NCBI GenBank assembly: GCA_964539655.1
Contig: CAZIJH010000001.1
Span: forward strand, 74,052 to 138,051
Source of the DNA: an uncultured archaeon
GTDB lineage: Archaea; Aenigmatarchaeota; Aenigmatarchaeia; CG10238-14; SCSR01
Direction of reading: 5' to 3'
Length of the DNA: 64,000 nucleotides
The notes under the pieces were generated by a model. That model was not told the DNA's origin. It made no database searches and saw only the letters and a program-made list of their open reading frames with translations. The translations under genes were made by a program, and so were the position numbers. Below are positions 46,668-55,395 of the stretch, piece after piece (within the stretch, counting starts at the first letter, position 1; every line of letters begins with the position of its first letter).

Positions 46668-47786
46668 TCATTTAAGTTCGAACAACCAGGCTTCCGAAAC
46701 TGTCGTTGTGGGCCCGCTGTCTCCCATTGCACGTGTAGGTGAAGGCTGCGGCTGCTCTGCAAGGTTCCTGTAGATGATGTTCGGATTCACCACCGTCATT
46801 ATTCGGAGTTCCAAATCAACATACTCCGAACCGCGCGGAACTTTCGGCGTGCCGGGCAGGTTGAAATAGAAGTCTAATTTTGTCGGTGCGTCGTTGTAAT
46901 CGAGGAATCCAGATTTCGGAATATGGTCGTCGAACTCCTTTCCGTTGATAAACAGCCTCGTAATCACCGCGTTGTACCCGTCGTCCCCGAACACGTATCT
47001 CCCTCCTATTGTCTTGTCGTTGATCGGCACGCGAGTGTTTAAGCTAACTGTTGATCTTTTGAACGTCCTGGGATCGTAGCCTTGGTCCATGAAAATTCTC
47101 TGCGCGGCGTCGTCGAATACGATTCCCTTGTCGCCTTTGCTGAAACGGACGTGCGGATAACCTACGTCAAACCTCAGCTGTCCGGCATCGTCTATTAGGG
47201 GATCCGTGTGCAGCATCACGGACGAGAGCAACTTGTTTCTGTAGTCCGCTATCTTTACGGGCTTTCCTTCCACAGATGGCTTTTTGTCAGTGTAAAAATA
47301 ATCTACGTTTTCCGGCGGCTTAATTCCAGTCTTTGAATAATTTTCAAACTTGCCCGATCCAAAATCTTCGACCAAAATTGAATCAAAGTCGTCCGGCCTG
47401 GTAAGCCTCTGTTCGGACGCGTCTTTAAGTTGTTTGTTCAATTCTTTTATGTGCATTTCCGCTGCCGAAAGTTCGGTTTCCACTTTTGTTTTTTGAAAAA
47501 AAGTCTCTTCCAGACTGTTAGTTAAGTTGTCTATTTTGTCGAGTGAATCATCTAAATTTTTTTCTAAATCTGATATTGTCGAATCTTTAGTTTTAAGCAT
47601 TTTGTCCAATCCTTCTACAGCAAACTGGGCATTCTTTATCATCGCATCTTTCGTTTGTACGTCATTTTTCAATTGCGATATTTCGGCTTCTCGTGCGAAA
47701 GATCCCACAGCTGTCCCGGCAATCGTTGCCCCGCCCGCGGCTGCAGCTCCTATTAGAATAAATTTTCTTCTGCTTTCATTGGCCAT
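46668..47786 (-). CDS. Tat-signal secreted protein with coiled-coil and C-terminal globular domain
   Basis: Twin-arginine motif SRRKFILIGAAAAGGA, then a ~100-aa coiled coil and a 220-aa domain of unknown function. Confidence 0.55.
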   Translation of the reverse strand: MANESRRKFILIGAAAAGGATIAGTAVGSFAREAEISQLKNDVQTKDAMIKNAQFAVEGLDKMLKTKDSTISDLEKNLDDSLDKIDNLTNSLEETFFQKTKVETELSAAEMHIKELNKQLKDASEQRLTRPDDFDSILVEDFGSGKFENYSKTGIKPPENVDYFYTDKKPSVEGKPVKIADYRNKLLSSVMLHTDPLIDDAGQLRFDVGYPHVRFSKGDKGIVFDDAAQRIFMDQGYDPRTFKRSTVSLNTRVPINDKTIGGRYVFGDDGYNAVITRLFINGKEFDDHIPKSGFLDYNDAPTKLDFYFNLPGTPKVPRGSEYVDLELRIMTVVNPNIIYRNLAEQPQPSPTRAMGDSGPTTTVSEAWLFELK

Positions 47787-47870
47787 GAAACTTCTTCTAA
47801 AAGACTAAATTAAGAATATTCTCTGTCATTCAGGTGACTACAAAACAGGGGATGATTTGAAACTTTCAAT

Positions 47871-48500
47871 TTAATTACGGTATTTCATATCAATGAAGTT
47901 TGATAATTTTTGTTTCTTGTATCCTATTTGGATTAACGGTAATAAATTTTTCTTAATTAAGAAAAAATTTTTGTGAGACATACAAAAACAGTGACTTACA
48001 GCATTTTTATTGTGTATTTTCTCTTTCCATGGCTTGCATAGCAAGAATCTTTCCAAAAGAATCAGTAACTCTTCATTTGATTTGTTATCTGTTATTCTTA
48101 CTCGGCATTGGGGATATGCTGGCCTGTTAATATTCACACTTCCGTCTCCGTCAATCAAGCCGGCTAAATAAGAAAAAAATAATTTTTCATCATTTTTTAT
48201 CCATTCGGGTATTCTCTCTTTTTGAATACCAAAATGCTGGAATTTCTCAAATAATTTATTGAATTCCATACTAAGCGAATAAACCTTTCTAAAGGATTTC
48301 GAATTATTACTTTCTGTTATTTTAATTTTTCTCCCGAATTCAATTTGAAGTATGTCCCTTACTTTAAGGATCATTGACAATGATTTTTGTCCCACGCTTA
48401 ATCTAAACCTGTTTCTGAATTTGCCACTTTTGTCATGGAACGTATAGATATAACCGTCAGACTGAGTCACACCAATTAGGTACGCTATATTCGAATTCAC
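47871..48500 (-). CDS. Free-standing double-motif LAGLIDADG homing endonuclease
   Basis: Motif 1 AYLIGVTQSDGYI and motif 2 SYLAGLIDGDGSV; 209 aa. It is not inside an rRNA/tRNA intron or an intein host, and is followed by tRNA-Arg. Confidence 0.65.
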   Translation of the reverse strand: MNSNIAYLIGVTQSDGYIYTFHDKSGKFRNRFRLSVGQKSLSMILKVRDILQIEFGRKIKITESNNSKSFRKVYSLSMEFNKLFEKFQHFGIQKERIPEWIKNDEKLFFSYLAGLIDGDGSVNINRPAYPQCRVRITDNKSNEELLILLERFLLCKPWKEKIHNKNAVSHCFCMSHKNFFLIKKNLLPLIQIGYKKQKLSNFIDMKYRN

Positions 48501-48556
48501 AAAATATAGATAAAGTTATTATCAAATTAACATACATAACCACTTTATGTGGTAAT

Positions 48557-48630
48557 GGACCCGTGAGGTAACCAGGATAGCCTGCAGAGCTTCGGACTCT
48601 GTCGTGCGGGTTCGAATCCCGTCGGGTCCA
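48557..48630 (+). tRNA. tRNA-Arg (anticodon UCG)
   Basis: GGACCCG…CAGAG-CTTCGGA-CTCTG…GCGGG-TTCGAAT-CCCGT-CGGGTCC-A. Confidence 0.8.
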
Positions 48631-48667
48631 TAACTTTTGTTTATTTATTCAACTGGCAAATAATTTT

Positions 48668-49162
48668 ATGCCAAAAAAGAAATTTGCGAATCATTATGAA
48701 GATAAAATTTTGGTAAATACATCCGCAAAAAAATTATTTGCATTCGTTGACAATCATGCAAAATTCTCATCTCATATGAGCAAATCTTCTTTGATGATGG
48801 GTGGCGGGAGCATGAAAACTAAAGTTGACAGTCAAAATGGACAGGCCGTTGGATCGCATATCAAGTTGAGTGGCAATGTCTTTGGAATAAGTTTATTTCT
48901 TGACGAAGTCATCACGCTTCGAAAGCCGCCCTACAAGAAAGTATGGGAAACTGTCGGAATTCCGAAAATTTTGGTGATTGGTCCTTATAGGATGGGTTTT
49001 GACATTAAAAGTGAAAATAGAAAATCGAAGCTTCGCGTGTTCATAGATTACGGTCTTCCTTCAGGTCCTACTCGGTTGCTCGGCTATCTGTTTGGAAGTT
49101 TCTACGCTAAATGGTGTGTGCGGCAAATTCTAAATGACGCCGAGAAAAATTTTTCAATCTGA
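48668..49162 (+). CDS. SRPBCC (Bet v1/START-like) fold protein
   Basis: Size and hydrophobic-pocket pattern resemble the polyketide-cyclase/SRPBCC family; weak assignment. Confidence 0.4.
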   Translation: MPKKKFANHYEDKILVNTSAKKLFAFVDNHAKFSSHMSKSSLMMGGGSMKTKVDSQNGQAVGSHIKLSGNVFGISLFLDEVITLRKPPYKKVWETVGIPKILVIGPYRMGFDIKSENRKSKLRVFIDYGLPSGPTRLLGYLFGSFYAKWCVRQILNDAEKNFSI

Positions 49163-49274
49163 TTATTCAGCTCTCTTGAATAAGATTCATTCCACATTTT
49201 GGGCATTTGCCCGGTCCATTATTTTTAATTTCCGGATGCATTGGACATGTGTAAGTGACTTGATTGGTCATGAG

Positions 49275-49371
49275 CGCTGTGGGTGGGATTTGAACCCACA
49301 AGTAGCAGAGCTACGCGGGATTTTCGCAAAGCTTAGCAATCCCGTGCCATACCGGGTTAGGCGACCACAGC
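49275..49371 (-). tRNA. tRNA-Ser (anticodon GCU) with 12-nt canonical anticodon-loop intron
   Basis: Minus strand: GCTGTGG-TC-GCC…GGC-A-CGGGA-TTGCTA[AGCTTTGCGAAA]A-TCCCG, variable arm GTAGC-TCT-GCTAC, GTGGG-TTCAAAT-CCCAC-CCACAGC-G. Confidence 0.75.
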
Positions 49372-49435
49372 ATTGTTATACAGACTAATAATAAATCTTG
49401 TTTTAAATTAATATGCAATTCAGGAAAGTCCAATT

Positions 49436-50143
49436 CTATCTGCCCGTATTTGCCCAAAGCATGTTGAAGTAATTTTGTACCAGATCTACTAGGAATTCCG
49501 AATCTGAAAAAATCATTGATTCCTCAGCAAAAATTACTGACATTTTGTTGTCGCATATTCCGAAACGGACTTTCAAGCCATGATTGATAAATCTTACATT
49601 TATTCCGTTTTTCTTGAACAATTTTGTTCTCTCCTTGGTTTGTGGGTTATTGTTGGCAATTATTTTGACGTTGATTCCTTTTTTGACTAATTTTGAAAAT
49701 TCTTTTATCAATTTGGAAAGAAGTGTCAAATCGTTTGCGACTACACATAGTTCCTTTTCGACTTTCAAAGTCTTTGAAAACTGGTACAGGATTGTGTCAA
49801 TTTTATTTTTTCCTTTTACAATCCATATGTTGTCCTTCTGCTTTTTCTCGCTTATCGAGTTCAGATTCACCAGAAAATTTCTTGCAGTCTCGAATTTCTC
49901 TATGAGAAGTTTTTCCAGGAACATCGGGCTTATCGCGGAATACAGTTTCACTTTGCCGTCGATCATGTTCGCGAATCCTTTCTGCTCGAGGCTTTCGAGC
50001 ACCTCGTAGATTTTTTGTCTCGCGATGTTCGCCTCGCGCGCGAGCTCGGAAGCGCGTGAAGGTCCCATTCTTACAAGAGACAAGTATGCTTTCTCTTCGT
50101 AGTACGTCAGGCCGAAAATTCCGAGAGTTTTTTCCGACTGCAT
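49436..50143 (-). CDS. TrmB-family transcriptional regulator
   Basis: N-terminal wHTH GLTYYEEKAYLSLVRMGPSRASELAREANIARQKIYEVLESLEQKGF, plus a C-terminal effector domain. Confidence 0.7.
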   Translation of the reverse strand: MQSEKTLGIFGLTYYEEKAYLSLVRMGPSRASELAREANIARQKIYEVLESLEQKGFANMIDGKVKLYSAISPMFLEKLLIEKFETARNFLVNLNSISEKKQKDNIWIVKGKNKIDTILYQFSKTLKVEKELCVVANDLTLLSKLIKEFSKLVKKGINVKIIANNNPQTKERTKLFKKNGINVRFINHGLKVRFGICDNKMSVIFAEESMIFSDSEFLVDLVQNYFNMLWANTGR

Positions 50144-50181
50144 ATTACCTTTTACTTCTTAAGGAATTGCAAGTATAAAAA

Positions 50182-50200
50182 TGTCACTGCTAGGGTGACA
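50182..50200. promoter_or_regulatory. Perfect 6-7-6 palindrome TGTCAC-N7-GTGACA between the divergent TrmB regulator and response-regulator genes
   Basis: TGTCACTGCTAGGGTGACA at 50182..50200, 38 nt upstream of the TrmB-family gene start (on the other strand). Confidence 0.45.
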
Positions 50201-50248
50201 AATCCGTCTGTTGCATGTCAATCCCAGACGCTTATTGGGGCTCGGATT

Positions 50249-50278
50249 GTCATCACTTTGGTGACAGACAACATTTAT
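50249..50278 (+). promoter_or_regulatory. Conserved ~30-bp promoter-proximal motif, copy 1
   Basis: GTCATCACTTTGGTGACAGACAACATTTAT. Near-identical to 59002..59033 and contains the partial palindrome TCAC-N4-GTGA. Confidence 0.45.
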
Positions 50279-50331
50279 CCCCCTTCCAGTTAAAACATGG
50301 GTCGTACCCTTTCGAGGATGGTTAAAAAAAC

Positions 50332-50895
50332 ATGACAATAATTGTCAAGCAAGTAAGAGTGCAGATAAAGACGGTCGAGATACCCGAAGTTGAAGCGCAG
50401 GAGAAACTCGCTCCAAGTTTGGAAATTATGAGAATACTGAGACAGGAAAACTACCACAGGATTTTCCCATTCAAAAACGCTTTCGCGAAAAGGAAATCCA
50501 GGAAGCCGTTCAAGAAAACTGTTCTGATTATAGACAAGGACGGGATCGAGAGGAAGCTCGCTGAAAGTTCGCTGAAAGATCAGGGATACAGGGTCATCAC
50601 CTGCTCCAGCAGGAGGGAATGTGTCGATGTGATAAAAAATTCTCCTGTGGATCTGATTTTGTCAGAAAGAATTTTGCCGGATGCGGACGGCTGGGAATTG
50701 TTGGAACAGGTCAAGAATCACGAGGACGGGAAGCTGATCAAGACCGCGTTTCTCACGTTCGCCAAGGAAATGTCGGCGAGCAGAATTTCGCACATGAGGG
50801 AGAGGGGCATCGACGACTACATCAACAAGCCGTTCAAACCTCAGGAATTTGTGAACCGGGTCAACAGGATGCTGGTTGGAGATGAAAAATTATGA
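50332..50895 (+). CDS. Response-regulator receiver-domain protein (CheY-like) with N-terminal extension
   Basis: TVLIIDKDGIERKLAE…DLILSERILPDADGWELLEQVK…KTAFLTFAKE…INKPF (receiver fold; phospho-Asp in the DLILSE region). Confidence 0.65.
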   Translation: MTIIVKQVRVQIKTVEIPEVEAQEKLAPSLEIMRILRQENYHRIFPFKNAFAKRKSRKPFKKTVLIIDKDGIERKLAESSLKDQGYRVITCSSRRECVDVIKNSPVDLILSERILPDADGWELLEQVKNHEDGKLIKTAFLTFAKEMSASRISHMRERGIDDYINKPFKPQEFVNRVNRMLVGDEKL

Positions 50896-53240
50896 CGAGC
50901 ATCGAAAAAAGAATTGTTGAAGCGTACTTCGTCGTGCTGGGTCTCGCTCTTTTGTACTTCGTCATGGAGCCCGTAATTGCGGTTCCTGATCTGCAGAATC
51001 CTCAGCTCACATCACTCATACCTATTGTAATGGGAACGCATGATGTGGCAGAAAGTTCCGGCGTGGTCGCTTCGAGAAACTACAGTTCTATTTATTGGAT
51101 GATTGCCGATTCCGGAAATCCTGAGAAGCTTTATGCGGTGAACGCCACCGGAGGCACCGTGAATGTTTTCAACGTGACCAACGCGACCAACGTCGATTGG
51201 GAGGACATGGCTCTCGACGATGACAACAATGTTTGGATCGCCGACACTGGCGACAATTCTCACGTGCGCGATTATTATACTCTGTACAAGGTTTCAGAGC
51301 CCGATCCGTACGGCCCTTCCATAAACGTGAGCGCGACGGCGTACAACTTCACGTATCCTAACAACGACAACCGCGATTCGGAAGCGATTTTTGTATGGAA
51401 CAGGACTCCTTATGTTATGCAGAAAAGGCTGACAAGTTCCACGGTCTACAAGTTCCTCGAACTGAACGAGAGCAAGACTGTCGAGCTTGCACAGATTGCA
51501 AATTTTGTCAGAGGCGTGAATCTCACTGGAAACATAACTGGTGTTGACATTTCGCGCGACGGAAGAAGGCTTGTTGTCATCAATGACCTGTCCGATTTTC
51601 ACTGGGTAATAGAGAGGGACGCCGCGTCGACGAACGTCAGCGACTTTTTCTACACGCCGACAAACGAATGGTATTTCAAGTTCGGCAACATGCAGGGCGA
51701 GGCGATAGCTTTTGTTAACGGCACTCACGATCTTGTCGTCGCGAGCGAGCAGGGAAATTTCTGGAACATAACGCAGAACATGTACGAGACAGCGCAGCCA
51801 ATCACGCAGCCTCCTGCGGAAATTGTAATCCCGAAGGGAACGATCTATCTTTTCAAGCCAGGTAACATGACATACGCCACCTCCGTCCCAATTTTGTATA
51901 ACATTGTGAACGGCACCGAATGCAATCACACGATAAACGGCGGAGCCGCGGTGGACACGCCTTGCAAGTACTCTTCTTTGAAGACTCTCGAAGTCGGATC
52001 CTACCTGTTGAACGTCAGCGCGAAGAACAACGAGACTGGCGAAAGCATGTGGGACATAAGATATTTCACGGTCACGGACCCCGACGAGTACATGATCTAT
52101 TCTGAATTTTCGGGCAAGGGGCAGACTACGAACCTCGCATCGCTAACGGATCCGGAGAACGCGACCTTCTTTTTGCACCAGCCGAACTACGGAAAGATAA
52201 AATTCGAGGAGATCAACTTCACGGAAGCAAATGGACTCAAGAACATAGTCATGACATGGGACGCGTGGGACTACGATTCCGTCAACGAGTCGACCGTGAT
52301 TGTCAACGGGCAGAATGCGACCCGCCTTCCGAGCACTAATATAGTCGCCAACAATCAGAAATACGCTCAACAGACTTTGGACATAACCAACAAGGTCGTG
52401 TCCGGAGTCAACACTGTATTGATTGTGCAGAACATCGGAGAGGCGAAAGTCAAAAACGTGACGTTCACAAGGAACGGCGCGGTCTTGATGTCCGATCCGG
52501 TGGAAGTCTACATGTGGCCGGGAGGATTAAACACTGTCGCGTACACTTTCAAGAATGTTCCTGCATATGATATTGACTCCGCAGCAAACATTTCTTCGAA
52601 GAAGATAACGGTCGACTCTGCGAAGTTCCCGTGGCTCAACAAGAAGGCTACGATAACATTTGAAAAAATCAATCTCGAGAATCCTGTAATTTTGAAAGAT
52701 GGGGCGGTCTGCACTGATTGTGTACAGGAATCCTACAACAAGACTACTGGACTTTTGACTTACATTGTTCAGGGATTCTCGACTTACACTGTTGTCGATA
52801 ATTCTGAACTTGCTCAGCCTCCTGCAAGCAGCAGCGGAAGTAGCAGCGGCGGTGGCGGAAGCAGCACAGGTGGATCTCCAGGCCCGTCTGCGGAGACTGT
52901 GACGATAAACGAGAATGAGGTCGCGGAAGAAGTCGCGCCAACAACGGAGTTGGAAGAGACTCCGGCATGCGTTGAAAACTGGGTATGCACTGACTGGTCC
53001 GGTTGCGCATCGGGCACGCAGACGAGAGACTGCATAGACTCGAACTACTGCGGCAGCATGAACTCGCAGCCTGCAAGTTCGCAAAGTTGCGTAGAGACTT
53101 CTACTCAGCAGCCAACGGCTCCAACAGGCCTCTTCGGGCTTGCTCAGTTCCCGATATCGTACCTCTATGTGCTGCTCGGCGTGGTCTTTGTGTCTGCAAT
53201 CGCTCTGATAATGACAATGAAGCCGAAAGAAAAAAAGTAG
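50892..53240 (+). CDS. Large secreted surface protein (782 aa): beta-propeller-like N-domain, Ig-like modules, Ser/Gly linker, Cys-rich W-x-C-x2-W-x2-C module and C-terminal TM anchor
   Basis: Signal-anchor; many N-x-S/T sequons; SSSGSSSGGGGSSTGGSPGPS linker; CVENWVCTDWSGCASGTQTRDCIDSNYCG; C-terminal hydrophobic helix plus KPKEKK tail. Start overlaps the RR gene by 4 nt. Confidence 0.6.
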   Translation: MTSIEKRIVEAYFVVLGLALLYFVMEPVIAVPDLQNPQLTSLIPIVMGTHDVAESSGVVASRNYSSIYWMIADSGNPEKLYAVNATGGTVNVFNVTNATNVDWEDMALDDDNNVWIADTGDNSHVRDYYTLYKVSEPDPYGPSINVSATAYNFTYPNNDNRDSEAIFVWNRTPYVMQKRLTSSTVYKFLELNESKTVELAQIANFVRGVNLTGNITGVDISRDGRRLVVINDLSDFHWVIERDAASTNVSDFFYTPTNEWYFKFGNMQGEAIAFVNGTHDLVVASEQGNFWNITQNMYETAQPITQPPAEIVIPKGTIYLFKPGNMTYATSVPILYNIVNGTECNHTINGGAAVDTPCKYSSLKTLEVGSYLLNVSAKNNETGESMWDIRYFTVTDPDEYMIYSEFSGKGQTTNLASLTDPENATFFLHQPNYGKIKFEEINFTEANGLKNIVMTWDAWDYDSVNESTVIVNGQNATRLPSTNIVANNQKYAQQTLDITNKVVSGVNTVLIVQNIGEAKVKNVTFTRNGAVLMSDPVEVYMWPGGLNTVAYTFKNVPAYDIDSAANISSKKITVDSAKFPWLNKKATITFEKINLENPVILKDGAVCTDCVQESYNKTTGLLTYIVQGFSTYTVVDNSELAQPPASSSGSSSGGGGSSTGGSPGPSAETVTINENEVAEEVAPTTELEETPACVENWVCTDWSGCASGTQTRDCIDSNYCGSMNSQPASSQSCVETSTQQPTAPTGLFGLAQFPISYLYVLLGVVFVSAIALIMTMKPKEKK

Positions 53241-53286
53241 TTTCGATCGGCGATTGAAATTATTCTAAATTTTTTTTGGTTATGTT

Positions 53287-53580
53287 ATGAGGCTTTCAAA
53301 CGAAGAAATAAAAATCAGGATTGAAGAATTTCCCGGTTGGAAACAGCAGGGAAGCTACATCACAAAGCAGTTTGATTTTGAAAATTTCACGCGGGCAGTT
53401 GATTTCGTAGAAAAGATTGCGCCGATAGCAGAGGAGCTGAACCATCATCCGGACATAGAAATTAGAAACGTGAGTCAGGTCATCATAAGTCTCACGACTC
53501 ACGACGAAGCTGGGATAACGGATCTCGATTTTGAAGTTGCCGGGAGAATAGAAGAGCTGAAAGTCGAATCAAATAGGTAA
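53287..53580 (+). CDS. Pterin-4a-carbinolamine dehydratase (PCD/DCoH)
   Basis: EELNHHPDIE motif; 97 aa. Confidence 0.7.
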   Translation: MRLSNEEIKIRIEEFPGWKQQGSYITKQFDFENFTRAVDFVEKIAPIAEELNHHPDIEIRNVSQVIISLTTHDEAGITDLDFEVAGRIEELKVESNR

Positions 53581-53586
53581 ATTTTT

Positions 53587-53862
53587 TTATTCGAGTCTTT
53601 TTATGATGTGAAAGCCGAATTCCGTTTTGACGATGTCCGACAGCTGTCCCTTCTCGAGTTTGAATGCCGCCTGCTCGAATGGCCTGACCATCATTCCGTG
53701 ACCGAAAAATCCAAGGTCCCCTCCGCGCTTTCTGCTGGGGCATGTAGATTTTTCAGCCGCAAGTTTTGCGAAATCTTCTCCTTTCTTCAGCCTGTCAAGA
53801 ATTTCCTGCGCGTCCGCGAACCTGTCGACCAGAATATGAGAGCATCTTATTTTGTCGGCCAT
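53587..53862 (-). CDS. Parvulin-type peptidyl-prolyl cis-trans isomerase
   Basis: CSHILV…FAKLA…SRKRGGDLGFFGHGMMVRPFEQAAF…FGFHIIKR. Confidence 0.75.
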   Translation of the reverse strand: MADKIRCSHILVDRFADAQEILDRLKKGEDFAKLAAEKSTCPSRKRGGDLGFFGHGMMVRPFEQAAFKLEKGQLSDIVKTEFGFHIIKRLE

Positions 53863-53935
53863 GCAAATAATTCAAAATCATGATTTATAAGTTTTTCTTG
53901 AGTTTGCATCTAAAACAAAATTTAAATTCCCCCGC

Positions 53936-54784
53936 GTGCAACAAACAAAGATGGGTTCTTTAATCACGAGAGCAAAGTCGCTTTATCGTTTTGTATTTAA
54001 AGATCTGAAAGTCGTTGGCGTGTTCAATAAGTTTGTTGTATTATTTGCTACATTCTGTTTTCTCGCGTACCGTGCCGCAAGGATACTGCTGAAGCCAATG
54101 ATAAAATTGCATCCGCTTTACATTGGAAAATTTTTAGTGAGCGATATAATTGTAAAAAATAATTACGGAACTTTTGTTTGCAGGAGATTCGACGAGGATT
54201 TTGATCTTCTCGATCCCGGCTACGAAAGCGAGGAAATTGAAATTGTGAAAAAAAGATTAAAGTCCGGAGACACATTTGTTGATGTCGGTGCGCACATAGG
54301 GAAATATACTGTGTTCGCATCCAAGATTGTAGGGCCGAAAGGAAGAGTGATTTCAATCGAAGCTCATCCGAGAAATTTTCAAATTCTGAAAAGAAACGTT
54401 GAACTCAACAAATTGAAAAATGTTTCGCTTGTAAATTGCGCATGCTTGGATAAAAATGAGAAAATTCTTTTCTACGAAGGAAATCAGAGCGGTATGCATT
54501 CTGCCGTGCGCCCTACAAAAAAATCAATCAATGTGCAGGCTCGCATGCTTGATAGAATTTTGGAAGATGCAAAGGTTCGCGGCATTGATGGTTTGAAGAT
54601 TGACGTAGAAGGAGCCGAGCTAAATGTGTTGAAGGGCGCTTCTCATATTTTGAAATCTTCTAGTCCTAGTATATTTGTCGAATGTGTTGGTAGCCACGAA
54701 AAAGTTGCAGAATTCTTGAAGAAATTTGGATATAAGATGAAAAGAATATCGTCATCCGACGATTTTATTGCAGCCAAAGTTTGA
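53936..54784 (+). CDS. FkbM-family SAM-dependent methyltransferase (membrane-anchored)
   Basis: FVDVGAHIGKYTVFASKIVGPKGRVISIEAHPRNFQIL…; N-terminal TM. Confidence 0.6.
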   Translation: MQQTKMGSLITRAKSLYRFVFKDLKVVGVFNKFVVLFATFCFLAYRAARILLKPMIKLHPLYIGKFLVSDIIVKNNYGTFVCRRFDEDFDLLDPGYESEEIEIVKKRLKSGDTFVDVGAHIGKYTVFASKIVGPKGRVISIEAHPRNFQILKRNVELNKLKNVSLVNCACLDKNEKILFYEGNQSGMHSAVRPTKKSINVQARMLDRILEDAKVRGIDGLKIDVEGAELNVLKGASHILKSSSPSIFVECVGSHEKVAEFLKKFGYKMKRISSSDDFIAAKV

Positions 54785-54842
54785 TTGGCCACTGCGCAAG
54801 ACATTTTAAAAGTCTTGGCATTTAATATACTATACGAAGAAT

Positions 54843-54919
54843 GGGTCGGTGGTCTAGCCCGGTATGACGCCACGTTGACGTCGTGGAGGTCGAGCGTTCA
54901 AATCGCTCCCGACCCACCA
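54843..54919 (+). tRNA. tRNA-Val (anticodon GAC) with genomically encoded CCA
   Basis: GGGTCGG…CCACG-TTGACGT-CGTGG…GAGCG-TTCAAAT-CGCTC-CCGACCC-A-CCA. Confidence 0.85.
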
Positions 54920-54952
54920 GATATTTATTTGCCGTGAAAACGAATTTTAATT

Positions 54953-55369
54953 ATGGCGTTCAGCCTTGATTCAGCTTCTCTCGAGATAATTTTCAGGCTG
55001 TTGCTTGCGGCTGTTCTCGGCGGCGTTGTCGGATTCGAAAGGGAAATTACGCACAGGCCTGCTGGATTGAGGACCCATATGCTGGTCGCTCTCGGCGCCG
55101 CTCTTTTCACCGCGGTCTCGCTGGTGAATTTCGTCTCTACAGATTCTGCAAGGATAATTGCAAACATAGTCGTTGGAATAGGATTTATTGGCGGAGGAAG
55201 CATCGTCGCCTTGAAAGGAAAAGTCCACGGGGTGACCACCGCCGCAAGTCTCTGGATAGTCGCCGCGATAGGGATGTCTGTCGGGATGGGGTCTTACGTG
55301 ATTGCAATTGCTGCAGCGGCAATAGTATTTTTGATTCTCCAATTGAAAAGATTCGAAAAAGTTATCTGA
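54953..55369 (+). CDS. MgtC/SapB-family membrane protein
   Basis: LLLAAVLGGVVGFEREITHRPAGLRTHMLVALGAALF…GIGFIGGG (MgtC N-domain signature). Confidence 0.7.
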   Translation: MAFSLDSASLEIIFRLLLAAVLGGVVGFEREITHRPAGLRTHMLVALGAALFTAVSLVNFVSTDSARIIANIVVGIGFIGGGSIVALKGKVHGVTTAASLWIVAAIGMSVGMGSYVIAIAAAAIVFLILQLKRFEKVI

Positions 55370-55395
55370 ATTTTTATTTACTTAAAAAATTTATT

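Noticed and set aside
51294-53084. Minus-strand ORFs 51294..51929 and 52527..53084
   Set aside because: Antisense to the 782-aa secreted protein; Arg/Cys-rich artefacts.
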